Positions 49,490 to 57,655 of a stretch of DNA of 64,000 nt are shown piece by piece; the first letter of the stretch is position 1, and each line of letters starts with the position of its first letter. The DNA lies in NCBI GenBank assembly GCA_051872335.1, contig JBJEDT010000025.1, positions 131,239 to 195,238 on the forward strand, written 5' to 3'. The DNA comes from Bacilli bacterium (GTDB taxonomy: Bacteria > Bacillota_I > Bacilli_A > RFN20 > CAG-826). The notes under the pieces are model-generated. The model ran no database searches, had not been told where the DNA came from, and saw nothing but the letters and a program-made list of their open reading frames with translations. The translations under genes were made by a program, and so were the position numbers.

Positions 49490-49858
49490 TTATGCTTTCC
49501 ATAATCCATGAAGATTACAATAAGCATATGTTGCTATTACTTTTTCACCTTCAGATAATAAAAACTCAGCTCTTGGGGCATCTCCTGGTAAAAGATTATG
49601 TCTTAAAACGCCTTTTGTAGTTTCAACAACAATCCATTCAATATAATGTACATCAACCATTGGATGATCTACAGATCCAACTACTACAGTGACATTATTT
49701 CCTTCTACATTTACTACTGGAAGGTGTTTTTCAACTGCTCCATCGGAAGTTCCAGGAACAAGTTCAGTCATTAATTCTCCACAACAACTTGGGTTAACTC
49801 CACTATCTTTAACCATTTCAACTAAATTCTTACAATGATTACATAAATAAAACTTCAT
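49490..49858 (-). CDS. dfx: Desulfoferrodoxin (2Fe superoxide reductase)
   Basis: N-terminal desulforedoxin Cys motif (CNHC...CCG) and a C-terminal neelaredoxin domain. Confidence 0.85.
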   Translation of the reverse strand: MKFYLCNHCKNLVEMVKDSGVNPSCCGELMTELVPGTSDGAVEKHLPVVNVEGNNVTVVVGSVDHPMVDVHYIEWIVVETTKGVLRHNLLPGDAPRAEFLLSEGEKVIATYAYCNLHGLWKA

Positions 49859-49870
49859 AATTTTTTCTCC

Positions 49871-50524
49871 TTAATAATTCTTAATATTTATCTCAAAATA
49901 TGCTTGAGGATATGAACAAACTGGACAAACTTCTGGGGCACTTGTTCCTATTACAATATGTCCACAATTACGGCATTCCCAAATTTTAACTTCACTCTTT
50001 TTAAAGACTTCAGCAGTTTCTACATTATGTAAAAGTTCACGATATCTTTCTTCATGATGTTTTTCAATAGCTCCAACCATACGAAACTTCTTAGCAAGTT
50101 CAGGAAAACCTTCTTTTTCTGCAGTTATAGCAAATTCTTCATACATATCAGTCCATTCATAGTTTTCACCATTAGCAGCTTCATTAAGATTAGCTAATGT
50201 ATCGCCTAGACCATTTAATTCTTTAAACCAAATCTTAGCGTGTTCTTTTTCATTATCAGCTGTTTTTAGAAATAAGCTTGCTATTTGTTCATAACCTTCT
50301 TTTTTAGCAACAGAAGCAAAAAAAGTATATTTATTTCTTGCTTGAGATTCACCTGCAAAAGCAGTTTCTAAATTCTTTTCTGTTTGTGTTCCAGCATATG
50401 GATTTCTTTTATCTTCCTTAACTAAAGTAAACTTTTCTTTTGGTTGTTTACATATAGGACAAAATTCAGGAGCTTCATCTCCATAATGAACATAACCACA
50501 AACACTACATACCCATTTTTTCAT
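49871..50524 (-). CDS. rbr: Rubrerythrin with rubredoxin-like CxxC...CxxC domains at both termini
   Basis: N-terminus CSVCGYV...CPIC, central diiron ferritin-like domain (E...EKEH), C-terminus CRNCGH...CPVC. Confidence 0.85.
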   Translation of the reverse strand: MKKWVCSVCGYVHYGDEAPEFCPICKQPKEKFTLVKEDKRNPYAGTQTEKNLETAFAGESQARNKYTFFASVAKKEGYEQIASLFLKTADNEKEHAKIWFKELNGLGDTLANLNEAANGENYEWTDMYEEFAITAEKEGFPELAKKFRMVGAIEKHHEERYRELLHNVETAEVFKKSEVKIWECRNCGHIVIGTSAPEVCPVCSYPQAYFEINIKNY

Positions 50525-50699
50525 CTTTATTTCCTCTTTCTATTTTCAATATTCCCTTAAATTAATTATTAATTCATTTAATGATAATATTGATAATATT
50601 ATTTTAATACTACTAAAAAGAAGATAAAAACAATATGCTCATGAATATACTCAAATATTTATATAAACATATCTAATCTAAAAAAACATAATTTTTAAT

Positions 50700-51062
50700 A
50701 TGAACAATAAAAATGATGAAAAGTATAAAATTTTAAATATAGAAGTCTTTATGTTTCTTCTTTTCATCTTAGCATCTTGTGTAGATTTATTTAATTTAGG
50801 AAAAACAAAAGTTCTTTATGATCTAGATCAACCACTAAATGAAGAAATAAGACAAAAGTACATCGTTGCCAATGTACTTATCTTAATCGTTTTTACTGTT
50901 TTTATGATTAGAAATTATAATAATTTAAAAAATTTATCAAAAGATAGTGAAGAATATGAAATAGCAATGAGGCGTTTAATCGGTAGTATTCTTATTGTAC
51001 TAGGTGAAGTAATGGTTCTTAATTATTTCTATAAATCAACTGTTTTTAATAATAATATGTAA
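50700..51062 (+). CDS. Small hypothetical membrane protein
   Basis: 120 aa with three hydrophobic segments. No recognisable family. Confidence 0.3.
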   Translation: MNNKNDEKYKILNIEVFMFLLFILASCVDLFNLGKTKVLYDLDQPLNEEIRQKYIVANVLILIVFTVFMIRNYNNLKNLSKDSEEYEIAMRRLIGSILIVLGEVMVLNYFYKSTVFNNNM

Positions 51063-51074
51063 AAATAACCTATA

Positions 51075-51758
51075 TTATTTTTTTTGTAAAACAAACATTC
51101 GACGTGGATATTCTTTTTCTTTTTCAGTAAGAACAAAAGTTTTAATACTAATAACATTAAAATACTTAGAGAAAACCTCTACCCATTCTTTATCAGATTT
51201 CATATTTCCACGAAGAATTCCATCTTTATATAAATAATTATCTTCTATTGTATAACCAATACTTTTTAAGAATTCTATAGGAAAGTTAGGGTTTATCCCA
51301 ACAATGAAGTGTCCACCGTCTTTTAAAGCTTTAGAAACATGAAAAAGTATAGAGTTAACAATATTATCTTCTAGTACATCTATGACATTAAATGATATAG
51401 CAGTATCAAATTCATTTTCATACTTGGATAATATATCTTGGTTACCTACAATGAAATCTAAATTAATTAGTCCGCTTATATCTTTAGTTTTTAAAGCATT
51501 ATTAATCGCATGTTTAGACGTATCTATTCCTAAGCCATGTTTTAGTTTAACTGTATAATAAATTTCAAATAATGCCCAACCAGTTCCACATCCATAATCA
51601 AGAATATTACTATCAGGATTTATATAGTGTTTTATAGCATCATTAAAAGTAGAATCTACAATCCATTTACCATCAATTTTTGTAATATTCATATTTTCAA
51701 AAACTTTATCCCAAAAAGAAATTAATTTATCATTATTATTCATAAGTATCACCTGCAT
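51075..51758 (-). CDS. Class I SAM-dependent methyltransferase
   Basis: Motif I ILDYGCGTGW plus downstream motifs. Lies 13 nt downstream of AbiEii. Confidence 0.7.
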   Translation of the reverse strand: MQVILMNNNDKLISFWDKVFENMNITKIDGKWIVDSTFNDAIKHYINPDSNILDYGCGTGWALFEIYYTVKLKHGLGIDTSKHAINNALKTKDISGLINLDFIVGNQDILSKYENEFDTAISFNVIDVLEDNIVNSILFHVSKALKDGGHFIVGINPNFPIEFLKSIGYTIEDNYLYKDGILRGNMKSDKEWVEVFSKYFNVISIKTFVLTEKEKEYPRRMFVLQKK

Positions 51759-51771
51759 TTAAAAACAAATA

Positions 51772-52638
51772 TTAACGGCCTTTTAATTTTTTTGTAACTT
51801 CAATAAAAAATTCTTTCGACCACAAATCTAATTTATTCTTATCTTTAATGAATGGAAAAACATCTTCTTTTGCTTGTTCAAAGTCAATGCTTTCAAATCT
51901 TTTAAACAAAAGTAATTTTAAATTTTCAATTGTCAAATCATAATCATCACTAATAAAATTAGAATTTACTAATTTTTCTTTTAATAATTTTAAATTCACT
52001 GTTATATCTTTTGTAATAAAAAATAAATAGTCATAAAAATCTCTCCCTTTAACTCGGCTTTTCCAATTTCTACATAAACATGCATGAATCTTTCCTGCAA
52101 ATAAAGATGATAAATCATATATTTTCACCATATAAGGAGATGGTAGTAAACCATACTTATTTTCAAATGAAGCATATCTAGGAGGATTGACATCAATTTC
52201 AAATTTAATTTTAATAGCTTCTTCATTATTAACATTGATACTATCTTCTGTAATACCATAAAATGTAATAATACATTCTTTTGTGTTACTTTTTAAAAAT
52301 GCTGATTTTGTATTAGAATCAAACGTTTTAACCTTTTCAGTAAGAGAAAAATTAATACCTAGTGCTTTTATTTCGTTTTCAATAAAAATAAAGTATTTTG
52401 ATAAATCAAAGTTGGGATTTGGTTTTAATAATGAAAAATCTAAATCTTCACTAAAACGATCTAATTCATAAAATATTCTTAATGCAGTTCCACCATAAAA
52501 AACTGCTTCATTAAAAAATCCTCCTCTTGATAATGCACATAACACTATTTCCTGAATGACTTCCTTGATTGCATTTTTCTTATCACTTAAATTTTTTTGT
52601 TCATATTTAGATAACATTTGAGTTATTATTTCATTCAT
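51772..52638 (-). CDS. AbiEii/AbiGii-family nucleotidyltransferase (type IV toxin-antitoxin / abortive-infection toxin)
   Basis: Pol-beta-type NTase signature YGGTALRIFYELDRFSEDLDFSL and a length of about 290 aa, both typical of DUF1814/AbiEii. Confidence 0.8.
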   Translation of the reverse strand: MNEIITQMLSKYEQKNLSDKKNAIKEVIQEIVLCALSRGGFFNEAVFYGGTALRIFYELDRFSEDLDFSLLKPNPNFDLSKYFIFIENEIKALGINFSLTEKVKTFDSNTKSAFLKSNTKECIITFYGITEDSINVNNEEAIKIKFEIDVNPPRYASFENKYGLLPSPYMVKIYDLSSLFAGKIHACLCRNWKSRVKGRDFYDYLFFITKDITVNLKLLKEKLVNSNFISDDYDLTIENLKLLLFKRFESIDFEQAKEDVFPFIKDKNKLDLWSKEFFIEVTKKLKGR

Positions 52639-52639
52639 T

Positions 52640-53227
52640 TTATTTGCCCTCTTTAATTAATTTTAATAACATATTAAGATTATTTGAATGATAAAGTGGA
52701 GCAATCAAACAAATATCTTCTTTATTTAAATTATAAAAAAGCTCTTCATCTATTCGTAAATCTTCAAATAACATTCTTTTTAGTTCTTTTATACTTCTAA
52801 CAGGCGGCATAATATACAATTTATCACATAATGCTTTTTCCGGTTCTGCAAGATGATAAGTATATTGGCCATCACTATATAAAGAAATACCAAAATGATA
52901 GACATTTGCCGGTACATCTCTATATGTATAAGTACCAAATTTATTATTATAGATTTTGATTTTCCTTTTATTTATTGTTGCACATGTAAATGTATTATAA
53001 ACAGCTTCTGGTATTATTCCATAATAATATAGTGCATAATCAAAAGATAAATAAGAAGGTCCATAAATTACTTGAGCTAATTTATAACCATCTACATTAC
53101 CATTAGTTTCATAAATCCCTTTTACTAAAGGAAATAAACGATTTTTTTTAATTTCTCTTGCAATTTTCCCTTTTATATCCGAAAAATTTATGTATTTCTC
53201 TTTAAGTTGTTGACTATAAACAATCAT
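52640..53227 (-). CDS. AbiEi-family antitoxin / transcriptional regulator
   Basis: 195 aa. LFPLVKGIY resembles the AbiEi LVRGVY wHTH segment. Lies immediately upstream of AbiEii with a 1-nt gap. Confidence 0.6.
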   Translation of the reverse strand: MIVYSQQLKEKYINFSDIKGKIAREIKKNRLFPLVKGIYETNGNVDGYKLAQVIYGPSYLSFDYALYYYGIIPEAVYNTFTCATINKRKIKIYNNKFGTYTYRDVPANVYHFGISLYSDGQYTYHLAEPEKALCDKLYIMPPVRSIKELKRMLFEDLRIDEELFYNLNKEDICLIAPLYHSNNLNMLLKLIKEGK

Positions 53228-53327
53228 ATATTTCCTCCAGATAGTTGTATTTTATCATACTTTCTGGAGCAAATCAACATTATATAGATAATTGATAATT
53301 AGTTTTAATTTTGTAAAGGTTTAATTA

Positions 53328-55532
53328 TTGTCAAAATTATGTCATAATAATGTCAGAGGTGATATTATGCCAAAAATTAAACCTATTACAGAATTAAGAG
53401 ATACAACAGCATTATCTAAAGAGATTAACGAATCTAACGAACCTATTTTTATTACTAAAAACGGTAACTTAGATTTTGTGATGATGAATGAACACACATA
53501 TAAATCTATTTCTTCACAAAATGTGAATTTGTCATCCACAAATTCACCAAGTATTGAATTAAAATCTTTACAAAGTAAAAAAGAAAATAAGGTTTACGCA
53601 AATACGATTTTTAGCAAGACAAATAAATCTCATAATCTTGGATTTGTAAAGGTTGGTTGTGCAACATATAAAGTTGATATAGGGAATGTTAAATCTAATT
53701 CAAAACTTATAAAAGAGAATGTTAACGAAGCACTTAAGAAAGATATTAATATTTTAGTATTCCCAGAGCTTTGCTTAACTGGATATACTTGTAGTGATAT
53801 CTTTTATTATCCTCATTTATTAGATGAAGTTATTATTGCTTTATTAGATCTAGAAGAATTTTCTATAGACAAAGATATATTCTTTGTTGTTGGTGCTCCA
53901 ATTGCATATAATGCTTCTATTTATAATTGTGCAGTCGTAATATATAAAGGATCAATTTTAGGAATTGTTCCGAAAACATATTTACCTAACTATGGGGAAT
54001 TTTATGAAAAAAGACAATTTGAAGAAGCTTTTGAAGGCAATATTCTTTTATCAATAAATAATAAAGAATATCTTTTTGGAACTAAACAAATTTTTGTAAA
54101 TCAAATTTTTCCAGATTTAAAAATAGCTATTGAAATATGTGAAGATGTTTGGGCTCCAGAAACTCCTTCAACAAGAGCATGTTTAAATGGTGCTACTCTT
54201 GTTTTAAACTTATCTGCATCAAATGAAGTTGTAGGTAAATGCGATTATCGTCGTGAACTTGTTTCTTCAACTAGTGCTCGTCTTATTTGTGGGTATGTAT
54301 ATGCCTCAGCTGGTGAAGGTGAATCAACTACTGATTTAATTTTCTCCGGCCATAATCTAATTTCTGAAAATGGGACCATTTTACAAGAATCTAATTTATT
54401 CGATTTGGGTATTATTTCGACTGAAATTGATATAGAAAACATTATAAATCAAAGAAGAAAAAATACGACCTTTAGAAACATTAATAATGAATATCAATTT
54501 GTTTATTATAATCAAGAAATCAATAAGCCTAAATTAACTAGAGATTATTCATCAAATCCATTTGTTCTTCCTAACTTTGAAAATGGTTTAGAAAGATATC
54601 GACTAATTATGAAAATGCAAGCACTAGGACTTAAAAAGCGTATGGAAATAACAAATTCAAAAATTGCTGTTATTGGTTTATCAGGTGGCCTTGATTCAAC
54701 ATTAGCTTTACTTGTAACAAGTGAGACATTTAAATTAATGAATAAAGATCCTAAAGATATTGTTTGTATTACTTTGCCTTGCTTTGGAACTTCTTCTAGA
54801 ACCAAAACAAATGCTATAAATTTAGCAAATGAATTAGGTTTTACTCTAAAAGAAATAGATATAACTGAATCAGTAAAATTACATCTTAAAGACATTGGTC
54901 ATGATATGGACAATTTAAATACCGGTTATGAAAATGCTCAAGCAAGAGAAAGAACTCAAGTCTTAATGGATTATGCAAATGATCATAACGGAATAATGAT
55001 AGGTACCGGTGACTTAAGTGAATTATGTTTAGGGTGGACAACATATAGTGGAGATCATATGTCAATGTACGGAGTAAATGCTTCTATTCCAAAAACGCTA
55101 GTAAGAGAGCTAGTTAGAACTTACGCTTATGATCATGAAGTATGTAAAAATACTCTTCTAGATATAATAGACACTCCTATTTCACCAGAACTCTTACCAA
55201 CAAAAGATGATAAAATTGCTCAAAAAACCGAAGATACAATTGGGCCTTATGAACTAAACGATTTCTTTATCTATAACTTTTTAAGAAAATCATTTAGACC
55301 AGAAAAAATATTATTTTTAGCTGAATATGCATATAAAGGAATATATGATAGAGACTTTATTAAAAAATGGTTGAAGAACTTCTATCGTCGTTTCTATATG
55401 AATCAATTTAAACGTTCGTGTCTTCCTGATGGAATTAAGGTAGGTACAGTTTCAATCTCTCCAAGAGGAGATTGGAGAATGCCTAGTGATATGTCTTCAA
55501 AAGAAATACTTGAGCAAATAAATCAATTATAA
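53328..55532 (+). CDS. nadE: Glutamine-dependent NAD(+) synthetase with an N-terminal Phd/YefM-like extension of roughly 100 aa
   Basis: C-N hydrolase domain (VLVFPELCLTGY; catalytic E, K, C) plus a NAD synthase PP-loop (GLSGGLDS). The likely true start is the ATG near 53367 (MPKIKPITELRD...), which has an AGAGGTGA ribosome-binding site. Confidence 0.85.
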   Translation: MSKLCHNNVRGDIMPKIKPITELRDTTALSKEINESNEPIFITKNGNLDFVMMNEHTYKSISSQNVNLSSTNSPSIELKSLQSKKENKVYANTIFSKTNKSHNLGFVKVGCATYKVDIGNVKSNSKLIKENVNEALKKDINILVFPELCLTGYTCSDIFYYPHLLDEVIIALLDLEEFSIDKDIFFVVGAPIAYNASIYNCAVVIYKGSILGIVPKTYLPNYGEFYEKRQFEEAFEGNILLSINNKEYLFGTKQIFVNQIFPDLKIAIEICEDVWAPETPSTRACLNGATLVLNLSASNEVVGKCDYRRELVSSTSARLICGYVYASAGEGESTTDLIFSGHNLISENGTILQESNLFDLGIISTEIDIENIINQRRKNTTFRNINNEYQFVYYNQEINKPKLTRDYSSNPFVLPNFENGLERYRLIMKMQALGLKKRMEITNSKIAVIGLSGGLDSTLALLVTSETFKLMNKDPKDIVCITLPCFGTSSRTKTNAINLANELGFTLKEIDITESVKLHLKDIGHDMDNLNTGYENAQARERTQVLMDYANDHNGIMIGTGDLSELCLGWTTYSGDHMSMYGVNASIPKTLVRELVRTYAYDHEVCKNTLLDIIDTPISPELLPTKDDKIAQKTEDTIGPYELNDFFIYNFLRKSFRPEKILFLAEYAYKGIYDRDFIKKWLKNFYRRFYMNQFKRSCLPDGIKVGTVSISPRGDWRMPSDMSSKEILEQINQL

Positions 55533-55537
55533 AAAAC

Positions 55538-55565
55538 ACCCTATTTGAAAATTTTCAAATAGGGC
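55538..55565. terminator. Bidirectional terminator between nadE and the Sel1-repeat gene
   Basis: Perfect palindrome ccctatttgaaaa / ttttcaaataggg, followed by a T-run. Confidence 0.6.
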
Positions 55566-55570
55566 TATTT

Positions 55571-56812
55571 TTATTCTTTTTGTTCTAAAACATCTAAAAC
55601 TTTCTGAGCTTCTTCACAACCTAGCTCAGCAGATCTTACCATATAATCAAAAAATTTCTTTTCATTTACTTTTAATCCGAAAGTTCCTTGATAATAAGCT
55701 ACAGCTAAATCATATAAAGATTCAGGACAATCTAGTTTAGCTGCTTTCTTTAAATAACTAAGAGCTTTCTTTTCGTTTTTTTCTACTCCAAGTCCATCTC
55801 TATAACATATATATAAATAATGCATTGCTTCTTCATCTTCAAGTTGAGAAGCTTCTTTAAATAATTTGAAAGCCTTGTTTAAATCTTTTTTTACTCCACA
55901 TCCATTAAAATATAAATATCCCATACGCTTAATAGCTTCTGGATAATCATAATATGCAGCTAAATTATAATAATTCATTGCTTTTCTTATGCTTTTTTTA
56001 CAACCATCGCCATTTTCGAAATGAGCACCAATCATGTATAATGCATGTACATTATATAAGTCAGCAGCTTTATTCAACCACTCAAGTGATATAGTAGGAT
56101 TTTTTTCTACACCATAACCTTCATCATAGCACATAGCTAATAAAAGCATTCCATTATCATCACCTAGTTCAGCAGCTCTATTAAAATACATAAATGCTTT
56201 ATCATAATCTTGATCTACCTCATTTCCTGAGATATAAAGTTTTCCTAATGTAATTAAAGCATCAATACAATCTTGTCTTGCTGATTTTTCAAGCCATAAT
56301 AATGCTTCTTTAACATTATATGGAACATAATAACCTTCTAAATTAATAGCACCAATTACATATTGAGCATTAGGATAGCCTTGTTCTGCAGCATTTAAAA
56401 CAATTTCTAGGCTTTCTGAACTCAATTCTACTCCTTGATTTGGGTAATATAAATGTATTGTGCCAAGTGCAGTTATAGCCTCTGCATCATTTTTATCAGC
56501 ACTCATTTTATACCATTTAACACTTTCATCAATGTTTTTTGAAAAAAAGTCTTTAATCCCATTCAAATAAATTTTACCTAACAAATTTGAAGCTTTAATG
56601 ATTCCATTGTTTGCAGCTTTAGTTAAAAGTTTTATCATTATACGAGGATCATCTATATCACAAATTGTTTCGTAATAATATTCACCCAATTGATACATAG
56701 CTTCATAATCTCCATCAATGACAGATAATACTAATTGAGTATATCTTTCATCTTCCATATCTATATCATAGTCATCATTTAATAATTCTTCTTCATAAAT
56801 ATTATCCATCAT
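55571..56812 (-). CDS. Sel1-like repeat (SLR/TPR-like) protein
   Basis: About nine tandem repeats of roughly 36 aa with the A..G...A...LG..Y..G.GV..D..KA pattern. Confidence 0.8.
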   Translation of the reverse strand: MMDNIYEEELLNDDYDIDMEDERYTQLVLSVIDGDYEAMYQLGEYYYETICDIDDPRIMIKLLTKAANNGIIKASNLLGKIYLNGIKDFFSKNIDESVKWYKMSADKNDAEAITALGTIHLYYPNQGVELSSESLEIVLNAAEQGYPNAQYVIGAINLEGYYVPYNVKEALLWLEKSARQDCIDALITLGKLYISGNEVDQDYDKAFMYFNRAAELGDDNGMLLLAMCYDEGYGVEKNPTISLEWLNKAADLYNVHALYMIGAHFENGDGCKKSIRKAMNYYNLAAYYDYPEAIKRMGYLYFNGCGVKKDLNKAFKLFKEASQLEDEEAMHYLYICYRDGLGVEKNEKKALSYLKKAAKLDCPESLYDLAVAYYQGTFGLKVNEKKFFDYMVRSAELGCEEAQKVLDVLEQKE

Positions 56813-56870
56813 TTTTTCTCCTATTTTGCATCATTATCGCTAATTATATTTTTACTATTTTCACTAATAC

Positions 56871-57422
56871 TTACAAAACATATTTTCCATTTAATGCTGT
56901 TTCAGTTTTATATCTTAATAACATTTTTGTATTATATTTAAATTCTTCTTTACCATATTCTAAAGATGATAATTCATATTGACTAAAAATAATAATACTG
57001 AAAATATATTCTCCATTTACATATTTAGATCCATCAGAAAAGACAAATCTATAACTATCATTAGAAGAATCATAAAATTCTTCTAATGATTCAGCTTTCT
57101 TAAAACTATAAGTTGTAAAAGTTCCTGCAAGACTTGATTTTTTTTCACCTCTTGTACCTAATAGCTCATATTTTTGAGACTTTAAATATGTATATACTTC
57201 TTCTAAGTAGCTTTGATATCCTTCATTATCGATATTAAAGTAAACATCTTTATCTTTATAATTTAGGTAATCTACCACAGTTATCTCAGGTAGTTCACTA
57301 ACAAAACATTCTTCTAATTTATCACTAGAAAACCATTCATTAAGTTTATATTTATTTGATCCACATGAAGTTAATAATAAACCACAAACAAGTGTCATAA
57401 TTGATAAGTAATTTTTTTGCAT
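56871..57422 (-). CDS. Lipoprotein of unknown function
   Basis: Signal peptide plus lipobox (LLTSCGS). 183 aa. Confidence 0.5.
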   Translation of the reverse strand: MQKNYLSIMTLVCGLLLTSCGSNKYKLNEWFSSDKLEECFVSELPEITVVDYLNYKDKDVYFNIDNEGYQSYLEEVYTYLKSQKYELLGTRGEKKSSLAGTFTTYSFKKAESLEEFYDSSNDSYRFVFSDGSKYVNGEYIFSIIIFSQYELSSLEYGKEEFKYNTKMLLRYKTETALNGKYVL

Positions 57423-57608
57423 AATATACCTCGCTAAATTCTATAATTATTTTAACATATATTCTTAAATATATTTCATAATTAGACTAAAATAAGAGGA
57501 CATCTTTTTTCCTAAATTATATTACATGTCATTATTAATTAATTAATTTATTTAATAACTTTAATTTAAAACCACACATATTTATCTAATGTTCAAACCA
57601 AAAGTAAA

Positions 57609-57646
57609 AATAAAAGTCATTTTTGAAAAATCTAAAATGACTTTTT
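57609..57646 (-). terminator. Rho-independent terminator downstream of the 896-aa ABC transporter gene
   Basis: aaagtcatttt-(9 nt)-aaaatgacttt, followed on the minus strand by a T-rich tract. Confidence 0.5.
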
Positions 57647-57655
57647 AAATTTCTT

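Noticed and set aside
52283-54895. Short ORFs 52283..52471, 53342..53539, 54245..54442, 54545..54895
   Set aside because: All lie antisense or out of frame within AbiEii or nadE.
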